From Chrysomallon squamiferum (lineage: Eukaryota; Animalia; Mollusca), in NCBI GenBank assembly GCA_012295275.1, contig CM022679.1, positions 31,434,001 through 31,498,000 on the forward strand: DNA of 64,000 nt, written 5' to 3'. Made by a program: the position numbers and the translations under genes. The first letter of the stretch is position 1. Every line of letters begins with the position of its first letter. This document shows positions 11,684 to 24,927 of the stretch, in pieces. The notes beneath the pieces are model-generated. The model was given only the letters and a program-made list of their open reading frames with translations, was not told where the DNA came from and did no database searches.

Positions 11684-14319
11684 ACAACAGTTACTTCCCT
11701 TTACTGCTGATTTTTGTTTATATTATTTCGTCTGTTTAGCAGTGAAATAGAAAATGCTGAATAAATACTGTTGCTGATTTTTGCTGAATTTAGTGAATCT
11801 GCTGATGTAATATTATATTTAAAACAGTTTCTATTTTCTAAATGATTTAATAACATGTTACAAACTGGTTTTTGTTTTCTAAATGTTTAGATTTTGTGGT
11901 GTGCATTGTTAGAATTTGTATTCCTGGTGATAAAAAAAATAAAACAAGTTATAGATGAATTGTTGTCAGCAGCAGAATAGAAAACAGTAGGCTGCTGTAA
12001 CATACTGTGTGAATATTACTTGAAATTTTCATCTTGTTACATTAAAGACTTGTTACATAGTGTAACTTGATGATGAATATTATAATTTCAGTACATGGCT
12101 GTCATATAACAAGAGATAACTATTGATTTATTATTTACCAGTCAGATGTAATGTAAAAACTCTCGGTATAAACTGTGCTGTGTCTAAGGGTTTTAACCCA
12201 AAAACTGTTTCACTGTTCAGTTCCTTTGCTGGGAATGAACTAATTTGCATGGACACTAATTTGTTGATATTGCAGTGAAATAAGGTTCACATTGCTTATA
12301 GATTGTTTTTCTTCTCTTTGTTTCAGCATTACTTTCATCAGTATTACTGATTACAAATAGTAATTATTATTATTATTATTATTACTATTATTATCATTAT
12401 TATTATTTATGTAAGGGTAAATACATTGCTTTTTGATAGGATCTCATAATTTGATTTGTTTAGATTTTCTATTAGTTTTTTCATTTATTTTTTAGTTTTT
12501 AAAGTCTTTTTTTATTATTATTATTATTTGATTTTTTATGTTTGCTTTGGGTGGTTTTTCTCCAATAAAAACAAGAACAGCAGAAATAAGTTACTATAGG
12601 GTGTTATATTTTGAGAGCTTTCATAACTGTTACTTTTTTTAAAGGATTTCTGTGTTTGTGTGTATGTGTATAAAATATGAAATAAATAGACTGACTTATT
12701 TTTCTTACCCAAAGATCATTTATAAAAAGTTAAAAGTGACAGATATATTTATAAACGTGTTTTAAAGTTTTAGGCTGATTCAAGTTAGAATCGAGTCTGT
12801 GTTATTGCATAAAAAAAAAAAAATTAAAAAGATTATTATTATTAGTATTAGTATTTGGTTATTGCTTAAAAAATTAAAAAGGTTATATTATTAGTAGTAT
12901 TAATATTTTGAATTTTTTATCTAGGCATACAGTGCTAATCAGTTTTCTCAATTTTTTTATGTTTAATAAGTAAAAAAAAAAAAGAATTAAAAATAAATAC
13001 TAAAAAAATATATATAAAAAATTCAACTTTGATCATTTTTAACTTTGTACCTTTGTGTTTGGACAAAGTACTAAATTAAAAAATATTTATATAAATTGGA
13101 GCTTAAAAAGAAATCAATTAATTTTAATGCAGTGATTCCATTTGTATGTCTCAAACTAAATCTTTTATCATTTATTCATTTATTGCTTGCTGTGTGTTTT
13201 GATAATTATAATTATTAGCATTACCTATTTATTTTGTTATCATTTTTATTAACTCACATTCCTATGGAGTTCATGAGTGAACTGTTTGCAAACAAGCCAA
13301 ATGTGATAAAACAGGTTTTTAACCGTCCAAAAAGAAAATAATTTTTTTTTTATTTATTTATTTATACATATATCTAAACTAAATTATTTATAAATTTATG
13401 AAAATGTGCATTTTCTATAAATTTTGAGATTTTTACACTAACATACACTGCTGGTTTTAATATTTGTAGAAGAAAAGTTCTTTATAGTTTGTCATAGTCA
13501 CTATTTGTGTATTGTAAATTATATATTTATATATATATATATACATATATATTTTTATTCTTTTTGTATGTTTTAAAAATATTTGTTTCTTTATTTTGTC
13601 ATATTTTTTTTTTAAATTTAAAAAGAAATTTATTTTATTTCATTTTGTTTATTTATTTATTTTATTTATATATTTATTTATTTTGATATTACCAGTATTA
13701 GTTCAATAACATCATTTAATTTATGACAAATATATCTACACCTATTTTTAATTAGATAATTTTGAAACCACTTGGATCCAAACATAATTTATTAACAGTA
13801 CTTCTAAAAATATATATATTTTGGTTCCTAATATTAGAAATAAATCCCATATACTTTAGTTCTCTTTTTGAAAGTAATTATTTATGTTTTTATTATATGT
13901 CTTACATTTTATGTGTTAAAAAGGAATTTGTGTTGATTTTTGTGTTTTTGATTTGATTTACAGTTTTGTGTTTTGTTTTCATCTGGTTTTGTAATGTTGT
14001 GTTCTTTGTTGATGTCTGGCAACTACAGATGATCGTTTTTGTTTGTTTTTAAAATTGTAAATCAAAATATATAATTACAGAAACTGTGATAAAGTGTGCT
14101 AACAATTTTGAGAGGTTTTTTTTTTTTTTTCAGGAAAAGAAATTAAATGTTAATTCATTTTATGGACTTTTGTTATTATTTCAAATGTTTGTTTCATTGT
14201 TCAAAAACAGATCAAGTATAATATTGTGATATTTGGTGCGTTATTCAAATGACCATTAAATCTGCATTTTATTTTGCTCTCTGTTCACAATCTTTGGCTG
14301 CCATTTTTATCACTGAGCA

Positions 14320-14572
14320 CCTTTGGTCAAAACTACTGTACTTATAATGACTATGATTTTAACCACTGCTAAACATATGACCATAATTTTGACCACTGCT
14401 ATTCTTATACCAACCACTGTGGTACTTACAATGACCATGATTTTGACAACCTGTGTCCTTTTAGTGACTTCAGATGAACTTTTGTCACTGGTGTACTTAT
14501 AATTTCCAGGACATTGACCATTGCTGTACCATGATTTTAACCACTTCCACTGCCACTTTTTGACTACTTTTT
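14320..14572. repeat. Degenerate minisatellite (ATGACCATGATTTTRACCACTG-like units)
   Basis: Recurrent ttttaaccactgct, ttttgaccactgct, gtacttataat, atgaccatgattttgac. Confidence 0.65.
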
Positions 14573-14578
14573 ACTGAA

Positions 14579-14859
14579 TAGCAGCAAGGCATTTTTTATA
14601 TGCCCCATCCCATAGACCATTCTTGAGTGAGGCTATGTTTTAGCTTTTATTTCAACTTGATTTCGAAGGAGGAATAAATAAAAATGTGTAGCTAGGTTTG
14701 GGACCCGTCATAGTGAATACAGATTCCTTTTGTACTGTCTTTGGTTGATGAAAATATGGTAACCCTAGATGTTATTCAATCAAAATTTTTAAAGGGGGAC
14801 ATCGGTCATACTGAGTTGCTCAAAAGGAGTCGTGGTATGAAAAAGGCTGAAAACCAGTG
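14579..14859. mobile_element. Patch of short decayed interspersed-repeat fragments: a possible SINE-like piece and hAT-like termini
   Basis: tagcagcaaggcatttttttatatgccccatcccatagac (14579-14618) resembles an abundant gastropod repeat recalled from memory. tatggtaacccta (about 14755) and aaaaaggctgaaaaccagtg (about 14840-14859) resemble hAT/MITE ends. No paired TIRs seen. Confidence 0.3.
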
Positions 14860-17125
14860 CCATAGAATATAGAAAATGCAATGGCATTGTCACAACTCAG
14901 TGAGTCCATCATGAGTGGTCAATTCTTGAGCAGAAACTAGCAAAGATCTCTATGTACACTAATTAGCAGATACTATCTCATAAGAAGTTACACATCTTGA
15001 AATATAACATGTAAAAATTTGCATTGAAAGAAAAGACTAAGGCATATAACTTTAAAAATAATACATATTTTGTAAATGCAGTTTGACTCTTTGATCATAA
15101 ATGGTCTGTGTAATGTCTTGTATATTACTGTTTTTATTGGGAGCTTTTTGCACACACTTCTAAGCAATCAATAAGACGTTTATATATACAACAAAACTTT
15201 CATCTCTTAAAAATTATTTATTTATTGAATATGTTGTTTGTCTAAAAAAGTGTATTTACTATTTACATGATCAGAAATGTGGAATATTTAATTACAATCA
15301 AATATATAAAAACATTTTGCTAAAAATTATTCATAAAATTCAGTTTCCTTGGATCCAGGATGGACAACTCTGTAACAATAACTGTGAGATGTAAACATGT
15401 GATATGTTTAGAGTGACTGAGTTTTAATAATTTCTTAATTTCTTTTTTTGTTGTTGGGTTTTTTTTATTATTATTTTCTTTTCTTTTTTCTATACAAAGA
15501 CATTAAATGTGTAAATGTTATAATATCATCAACCTATTCTCCATGTTAGTAGGGTTTTTTTGTTGTAGTTTTTTTAAATTATTACAATTATTTTAAAGAT
15601 TTCAAAATATATAATACATGGCAATTTTGTTTGGCCATATTAAAAAGCAGGTTGCCCAACCATCTAGTAGATTATGTTTTAAAAATTAAAAAAGTTATCT
15701 GCTTTTTATCACTAACAAAATGACAGCAGTTTGATGGTTTTAATTTCCACGATGTGAGGATTATGTGAGGATTAACTTTGATAAATTTAAAGCTAAAAAA
15801 TATGAACTTCTTAAAATTAAGTAATAATTAATTTAGAAAATTATTTTTGTTAGACATTATTAATAAGTGAACTATGTTTTAAACTGATGAACATTCCACC
15901 CATCTCCCATTTTTCAACATACATAACTAATTTGTTTTTATCAAATTACAAAACATACAAGGCAAACAAAATAAAAGCTTAAAAATGTACACAATATAAT
16001 GAGTACTACACTACTATACTAATAAACAATATGCATTTTATATTACAAATGATATGTTGTAATATTTGTGGTGGCATTATTTCAAGAATAATACTTCAAA
16101 ATGAAGAAAAATATAACACTCGTGTACCAAACTGTCCTCAAAAGAATTAAAATCCTAAAATTACAGATCTTTTATTAAAAATAACTAATATTTAAGACTG
16201 ATAAACATTCAAAGACTGAATCAATTTCACATTATAAATTATCTGATAGTAACTCAAACTTTTATCCATATTTCAAAACAGTGTTATATTTTCCTTCACA
16301 ATACATTCATATATACACAAGGTAAAACTAAAGCTTCCTTTCTACTTTCACAATATACTAAACTTTTCTTATCTACAAAATTGCTTATTAAAATAATTAG
16401 ACAAATATATTTATGATAAAGGCATAAATGGACTTAAGATTGTATTAACAATCAGCTATTTTCAATAAACACACATGCACACACCTGCACACATTGCACA
16501 TACACACAATGCACATGTGCAGGCACACACATACTATGCACATGTGCAATCACACACAAATACACACAAAAACGAATACACTTATTCTCATCAGTTTGTT
16601 CTCTTCTGTTTTGATATAATAGTACTTTCTTGGTCTTTTGAATGTTTTTATAAATTAAATATTTGACAAATATATAAGATAATTTAAAAAAAGAACATTT
16701 TTACCATAACAGTAAATCTGTAAATAAAACTAAAAAATGGCTTAAATACATATTCAAAATTTTTGTTTGAAATTACAACAGTTACAATAATTATAATTTG
16801 AAATAGGACCGACTTCAGTTTTTATAAAAAAGTTAATTATTAATTTAATAAAGCAAGAATTATTCAACATATTCAAAAGCCAAACAAGAAATAAAAAGGA
16901 AAAAGAGAATGAGAAATGAAATGAAATAAGTAAATGATAAAATAATGAGCACCAAAATAGTGAAATGTTTATCATTTTCAGGAAGCCCTCTGGATTTTAT
17001 TTCTATTGCTTTTAAAGAATTTTTGTGAATCACTTTTATAACAATAATTATAACAATTAAAAAAAAAAAAAAAAATAATAATAATAATAATAGTAATGGC
17101 TGTGGTAAAAGAATCACATGATCAC

Positions 17126-17875
17126 TTAAAGAAACACTGTTTTTAATTGGACGAGAAAGAAGCAGACGACTGCCAGAGTGAGGCTGGTGGTGACATGAGA
17201 TGAACTGTTGCAGCCATCTCTGTCTTCACAGTAACAAGTTTCTTTAAAAACTCCAGTGTAATCCCAGCTCCAACGACAACCCCAGGCAACACCTACAGCA
17301 ACAAAGATGTTCAACATTTTAATTGAAAATAATAGAGAATTTGAAAAATAAATAAATAAATAAATAATATCTAATTAACAAGTTATGTTGGAAAACAGAA
17401 AGACAGAAAGACAAAAATAACTGAAAGGATGGGTGGATAAATGGATAGATGGATAGATGGATGGATGAATATGTAATACAAATTATATGAGTGGTCTTTA
17501 TTTGTGACAAGAAAATCATAGTTTATCATTCTGCAAGCTTCTTTAATCAGTTAGCAAGAAGACATTGCTTAATATTCATATTTCACCAGATGCCTAAATA
17601 TAAAAACTGACTGGAACATTAAATAACAGAGTGGGTGTTGATTTGGCCATTCAAGACTTCTCCCTAAAACAAGAATTGTCTCCCTTGAATTAGAGATACA
17701 ATAATAAATTTTGTATTTCTTTAATTAGATAGAAACCAAAGAGTGGAATCAGTTATCTACAATCTGTTTTTAAACAACAATGGATAAATTCATTCAAAAT
17801 GAAAATAAATGTATTTACCATAATCTGTTCTGGAACCACATCTCCTCGTTATTTTTTTCCAGCCGCCCCCTAAAA

Positions 17876-17910
<35 letters not shown>

Positions 17911-19283
17911 AAATAACAACAATAATACCATTAATAAAGTTAATTCATTATAAATTAAGTATTTACAAAATTAATTTCAGAAAACAAAAGGTTAAAAAAA
18001 CAAATGTTTTTATTTAAACTGCAATTTGCTCAACTTTATATTTAGTAACATAGAATTTCAATATTAATTTTGTTTTTCATTTATTATTAACGCCATCATC
18101 ATCCTAACTGCTATGACCAGTTAATAACCATTGTGATGATCTTTCAGTCAAACTGAAGATGTGAAAAAACATACATCCAGGACTTTCTTGATAAATCTTC
18201 ATACAAAACTGGCCAGGAACCTTGGCCTCAAAGCTGTTGCAGTCGACAACAGCATTGATGCTGGTGTCAAACCATTTGTCTGAGGGACAGGAAGTGTCCT
18301 CATTGCTGTCACACTGGAAACACTGGATAGCCAAACCTGAAAAAACCCCACAAATAATCAGGTCACGGGTAATTTCATTTAATGTGAAAAAATAAATCTG
18401 AAGTTTTTGAAAAGCAAAATCTGAAAACCACTGAAAAACTATTTTCTAAAGACTATTATGATCTACATCAATAATTTTTAATAAAGGATAATGGACTTTA
18501 TAGGTCTAAGTAATTTTGAATAAGTTACACGATTTTGCACATTAGCATTAATCTGTAGTGGGTTAAATCATTATATCATGGTATTTTAAACATTATATTC
18601 AGTAAATTACAAAGAATGAGAAATTCTCCTGTCTTATTCATTGTTAGCAAAGATTGTATTTCAAAAACATAAATTTTAAAATCATTTAGAAAAATAATAC
18701 ATGTCACAGAGGACCATGTTAATCGTTATGTTGCTCAAAAGAAAAACAAGATCTGAAGAAATGATGTAATTTCACATCAGTAAGAAACAATGACATAATA
18801 AGAATAAAACACTTAATAATATAATATGTACATGTATATATAGTCCATATTATATAGATAGATAGATAGATATCAACATAATTTCAGTTAGAATTTGATA
18901 AATCACAAGCCAATGTGCATGTTGATACGCATATTATTAATTACGTACAAATAAAAAAACAAGGAATCTTAGGAGGATATATATTATCACCAGTAATTAT
19001 ACGTTTCAAACGACAGAAATCTGACGGTATCAACTCATAATCTTATGTTAGTGAAAGTGTAAAAAAAAAAGTAAATGGTTTGTTTTTTTAAATTAACGCG
19101 TTTCCGGGGTAAATCCGTCTACCTGTTTCCATCTACCTGGTTTTATATTTCAATAAAAGTTGTCTTATAAACATTGTTTATACAATGAGCCATCATTAAA
19201 AATAATGCCTCACAAGAAAACGTACCCACTGAGATAAATGTTGTTAAAACCAACAACACTTGCTGTAGATTCCGAGTCGCCAT
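17126..19283 (-). CDS. GPI-anchored Ly6/uPAR three-finger protein (Quiver/sleepless superfamily-like), paralog 1, Trp-rich
   Basis: Exons 19226-19283, 18175-18336, 17819-17869, 17126-17292; all introns phase 1. Protein MATRNLQQVLLVLTTFISVGLA-IQCFQCDSNEDTSCPSDKWFDTSINAVVDCNSFEAKVPGQFCMKIYQESPGWGGWKKITRRCGSRTDYGVAWGCRWSWDYTGVFKETCYCEDRDGCN-SSSHVTTSLTLAVVCFFLVQLKTVFL. It has a signal peptide, 10 Cys with a CxxC start and CN end, and a hydrophobic GPI-signal tail. Confidence 0.9.
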
Positions 19284-19605
19284 AATGGCGGTTGAAATCT
19301 AATATCGTTTGTCGTCGATGGTGGCGCTTTCCAGGTATGTCACCTAAGCTTCGCACCTGGGCGCGTCCCTTTGAAGTAGCTCAGGTGTGCATACAAAAAT
19401 ACAATTAAAATGTCCGAAATATATTTGGAAATTTGTTTAATAATTATTTATTTAATTTTATGGATTAACGGACGTTTTGACATTTTTTTTGTAATTTTAA
19501 TCATTAGAATGAGTTGTTTCAAAAGAATGTGTTACAGGTATTTTAGGTCACTTGTGTTTCATGGCGCATGCGCATTCATTTAAGGGGTACCTTTTAGGTA
19601 CCGTT
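19284..19605 (-). promoter_or_regulatory. Probable promoter/5' region of Ly6 paralog 1
   Basis: CpG-containing stretch upstream of the ATG with several CAGGTR/YACCTG motifs, CCTTTGAAG (TCF/LEF-like, about 19368) and GCGCATGCGC (NRF1/Ewg-like, 19564-19573). Confidence 0.5.
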
Positions 19606-19729
19606 TTAAGTTCGTATAATAAAGAAATAAAATTAGAAATAAAAATTAAAAATGACTCCAAGTTGTTTTTATTGAACTAGCATTGGTAAGTGTTACGGTT
19701 GTTGGTACATTTATTATTTTTGCGTCTCT

Positions 19730-19782
<53 letters not shown>

Positions 19783-20714
19783 TGGATAGACAGCCGGAGG
19801 ACGGACGGGCAAATAAATAGGTATATAGATAGATCTTTGAATATTTTAAAATATGTATGCCAAGTTGATATCTAGGAACTGTTGGTCTACAAGTGTTTTG
19901 ATGAAGAAGAACCCACAAGAAAATAGACCTATATTTCAAGATTTGAAGCCAGTTTTATCTATAACCGACTAAATAATTTTATTTGAATAATATGTCGTCT
20001 TTGCGAAGTTGATAACACATCTATTCTATTGTTATCGCAGTGGTCTTTATTTTATATTCATATCGAAAAAGAAACATCTTTATATGTAAAAAAAATTAAT
20101 CAATAAATAACAAATAAATAACTAAAATCAAAACAAACACATTACATTAGAAATTAGAAAATATTTTATTGTATAAAAATTACATTTCATTTCATTTGTA
20201 CAAGTATTGTACGATTTTATTTTTTACAGTATACATTTATTTAAACTACGTTCTCTCTTGCATAATTTTGGAAAAAATTTTGATTTATCATAAATTATGC
20301 TTTTCTTCATTATTTTAAGCTTACTAACTATAATAATTAATTATATATCTTTCAACTTTTATTTACATTAATATACAAATAAAATAAAATAAAAATAGAC
20401 CCTATCAAAGTCATAAATAGAAATAACAGTTTGCCAACTATAATTTTTATACTATTTTATTTTATATCATACACATTCATTAATTAAAATTTGTAAGAAA
20501 GAGCATCAGTATAACATACGTTCATAAATATTGATGACTCACAATTTGTATTATAAATGAATTAGAGGATCTGATTAATTAGCTGTTACGCATATATCAT
20601 TAATGAATGAAAGTAAATATGGATCTTTAGCACCCTCTGGGCAAAAAATATAAAAGAATCTTATAGCTTCAGATGATGTCTACAAAATTATATTAAAATA
20701 ATGAATATATACAC

Positions 20715-20773
<59 letters not shown>

Positions 20774-21059
20774 AGTGTCGCGTCATGAAAGTTTCTATAC
20801 AAATGTTTATGATATATGTACACTCGACCGTTTGTTACAGTTTTATGCCTGTAGTTGGTTATATGCCTGTAGTTGGAGTTTTCCAAGCTGCAAGCTGAAA
20901 CAATTTCAGCTGATATTATTGTTCAATTTGAGATTTATAAGAAATATGTATATATATACAAGAACCATTTAAAGGTAAATAGAATTTCCAGTTTTGCTTT
21001 GGTTTCTCTGTTGTTGTTTTTGCTTTTGTTACTGTTATTATTTCAGCAACTATTTCAAA

Positions 21060-21109
<50 letters not shown>

Positions 21110-21627
21110 GTTTCACAAATTTACCATAATTAAAAAATATCTGACCATCTATTAAAAATGAATCAACAGTTATATCACATGAACACTACATCTGCCATTC
21201 TTAAAGAGAAAAACAAAATACAGATAATTGTAAGAAGACATTCACACACCATTAAAACATTCATCCATTAAACAAATATGTATATACTTACAAAACGTAT
21301 AGACTACTATAAAATTACTGCGTATGAAACGTAAATGAAATGAATTCAGAATCATCATAATGACACAAATTATTTGGTAATTGTAGGACCTTTTATTTCT
21401 TATTAGGATTCTTTACTTTTAAGATTTCAAAACTTCAGTTTGAACATGGATCTGCAGTAGCTCGAAGAATTATAAAATGATCTGCATCTGTCCCCAGCTT
21501 TTAATGGACAGGCAAGAGAGTTGAAAAATTGCCTTCTTTTAACTTGTAAATTCTTCAAAATGATTCTTTCCCCTTCTTTTTAAAACTATTAAAACTATGT
21601 TTTTTAAGATGATGAAATTAAAACGTA

Positions 21628-22698
21628 TCATGACCGCCACAGATGCCATGGAAACATGTAAAGTGTCACACCCGATGACAAGGTCAGAGGTAAGATGGTT
21701 GTCAAGAGGCCTCCACCATTACAACCGTCTTGGTTGTCACAGTGACAGTATCTCATTAAAACTTGGTATGTTCCGACTCTGTCCGTACATTCCCGTCCTT
21801 CCCGACCTCCGATCACTCCGCCCTTAGCGCACTGTCTGATGTAACGTGTTTCCCATTTCCCATCATAATAGGCTGGAAATAAAGTGAAAACAACAATGTA
21901 TAAAGCAGATAATAAATAAATGAGTAAAGAAATAAAAAAAACATAAAAACAGAAATAGAAATAATTGTAAGTAAACTATTACAAATTCATAAAGTCATAA
22001 ATATTCGGTCTATCTTCAATGATGCGTCTTTCCAGTGAAACCCAAAATGCATTTCCTTAATGTAGTGCCATCAGTAATTTTTTATTATTATTATTAAATA
22101 AAAACATTCTCAGAACTAGTATTTGTAATGGCTCAGTGTCTGTAAAAACTACATTAATAAAAAGATGAAAAATAATTCCTCTCAAGTAATATATATATAT
22201 GTTTGTATCTGTGTGTGTGTGTGTGTGTGTGTTTATAATATGAACAAAGAATTATTTTGAATTCTACCTTCTTGTACAACTTTGCGACACATTTTGACGT
22301 CATCAGGACACTGTGTCAGATGCTGAGTGATGTTGTCGAACCAGTCAGCGCAGTCTTGTTGATGGTAGGAGTTACACACAAAACATTTGATGGCCAATGC
22401 TATAATAATAATAAAAACAAAATGTGTAAAATGTCATTCGCAATTACAATCAACAAAATAAATAAATATTCATGAACCTATATTTCATTGGTTTTAGTTC
22501 ATATTGACGTACTGATGCATTGACGTATAACCTTGATATATTAATATTGGTTGATTAATGCCGATCGAGGACGTATCTGGCTTTACTTGTCGCTGTCAAA
22601 TATGCTAACGAATAGTTCAGTACCAGCGACCAGGTTAATGGTTACATGAGCACACATAATTTTTAAATAATAATAATTTATTATTTTGCTATGCCTGG

Positions 22699-22731
<33 letters not shown>

Positions 22732-23593
22732 TTTCTTTTTCTTTTATTATTATTATTTTTACTGTTATTTTAGTTCTAAATTTTCTCCAGGTTTTTTTTT
22801 TTCTTTTCTTCTTCTTCTTATTATTTTGTTTAATTTCACTTTAACTCTGACGATTATTTATTTATTTGATGTATTTAGAAATCGTGATATAATTACAGCA
22901 TTTTATTTCATCGTAAGTTCATTGCTTAACAATTCGTTTTTGTTTTTATTTGTTGTTATTATTATTATTATTATTTGTATAAGCATAATCCGAAAAAAAT
23001 GAAGAAAACTGGAGTAAAATGGATTTCAGTGTACACGGAAAAGGACAGGTGAGTAGCCTCTAAAAAGCGTGGTTGAACACGTAATAAAAGCATCATAGAC
23101 CAACATGAAAACCTCAACTGTTTTAGACATAATTATTATCCAAAACGGAAAACAACTTGACCAGTTTGCCGTCCCACAAACAAGCGCTGTATAATAATAT
23201 GTCACAGTTAATGTAAACTTTCATTTAAAACTTTGTTATATTTTTCTGGCAGCATGCCAGTTTGTTTGTATATAACAGTTTGCAAGATAAATATTAAGAA
23301 CACGAAGATATCACATCATTCTAATGTAACTATATTAAAAGTAAACGTTTATAACAAATACAATTCCGAACAGATTTAAAAACCGCATTAAGCAATGGCC
23401 GTCATCGTTACTGTAATAGAACTGATCACTTCCGTGAAAGCGAGTTACCTGAACAGGTGTGATTTACTAATCAACAAATCAAAGCCTACATTTGGAACGC
23501 AAGGCAAAAGTAAAAAGTTTAAATTATATACTTACTGTAATCTAACAAAATAAATCCTGCCGCTAAAGCGACACAAAGTAACAAAACTTTCAT
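21628..23593 (-). CDS. crok: GPI-anchored Ly6/uPAR three-finger protein, Crooked (crok)-like, paralog 2
   Basis: Exons 23536-23593, 22268-22399, 21628-21872; phase-1 introns. Protein MKVLLLCVALAAGFILLDYTLA-IKCFVCNSYHQQDCADWFDNITQHLTQCPDDVKMCRKVVQEAYYDGKWETRYIRQCAKGGVIGGREGRECTDRVGTYQVLMRYCHCDNQDGCN-GGGLLTTILPLTLSSGVTLYMFPWHLWRS. MCRK..Q...G.W.Y.R.CA..G and R.C..R.G.Y...M..C.C...DGCN match the Drosophila Crooked pattern as recalled; orthology is unverified. Confidence 0.88.
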
Positions 23594-23762
23594 GATGTCT
23601 TTTTAGCTCCAAGCCTGAGACTTGAATTTCACAGGAAATGGGTCACCAAACAGTCACAGGTAGAGACATACCTGAGGAAGGGGCACCTTTCGGGTATACA
23701 TAGTTTTTCAGGGGGTGTTTTTATGCGACTTATGTTAATGTTTTACTGTTGTTATTTTCACT

Positions 23763-23845
23763 ATAGTAGTAATAGTAATAATATTAGTATTAGTATTAGT
23801 ATTATATTAGTATTAGTATTAGTATTAGTATTAGTATTAGTATTA

Positions 23846-23924
<79 letters not shown>
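23763..23924. repeat. (TATTAG)n followed by (TAA)n microsatellite
   Basis: Direct inspection. Confidence 0.92.
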
Positions 23925-23925
<1 letters not shown>

Positions 23926-24927
23926 CAGAAGAAAAAACCAGATCTGCAGTTTTGATGATTTTTCAAATATTATTTAAGGTACTGATATGCTGGACATGTT
24001 AGAGGAAGGCTGTTGATTTTACACTTTAATAATCTTTATAGAAAAAAAAAAAAACCATTCTGTATCTGCACATAGCAAAAAAAAAAAAAAAAATAATAAT
24101 AAAAAAAATCTATATAAAATAGTGTGTTTGCGTGTGTGGCTTGTTATACTAAGAATAATTAATTTTATAACAAACAGCATCTTGCACAATTACTAACGTA
24201 CAGCACGGTCTGAATATTAAAGGGGAGGTTATATAATTTGAAATGACATTTGTCTCCCTTGATGTGTTCTAAAATTAACTTAAAACCAACTTACATTTTT
24301 ATTTTTAGTTGAGAATTTTTCTCATTGCTATAAATTTCTGTAGCAAATAATGCGATACAAATCCACTACTACTTTTCAGTAATGATAGTTACACACTTTT
24401 TTTATTTCCTGAAGTGCCTACATGTATGCAGATTTATTATTATTATGAATGTCCACAATATAATGAAAGAAATGTAGAAGGATAAATAACAAAACAAAAA
24501 TTATTAAAACATGGCAGTTAAGTTTTATTAAAAAACATTTGCATAAAATAATATCCAACACACAAAAATTTTGTATTAAAATTTCTACATATTGATCTGG
24601 ACAATGATTTCTGTTGGAATTTCTTTTTATTTCATTTCAGCTGTAAAACTTTAAAATTATTTTACTGCATTCAATTTAGTTTTTCTCTTGTTTTATACTT
24701 GCAAAATATTAAATACACTGTGGCTAATCTTATAAATGTCAACATTATGAAAGAAAAAATTAACTTAGTAACACCTAGATAAATGTTTTCATTCATTCAT
24801 GTATGCTGCATTTATAACAACTAAGTTATGTCTGCCATACTTTCTAATCACTTTCATTAAATCTTTCACTCAATGAAGTGTGCATGAAATCTGAAATATA
24901 TAATGAAGTTTCTAATCAGTGCAGAGA

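Noticed and set aside
11695-12000. Short direct and inverted similarities (tgctga/tcagca, aatagaaa/tttctatt) in the dynein 3' UTR
   Set aside because: Matches are too short in AT-rich sequence to support a structured element.
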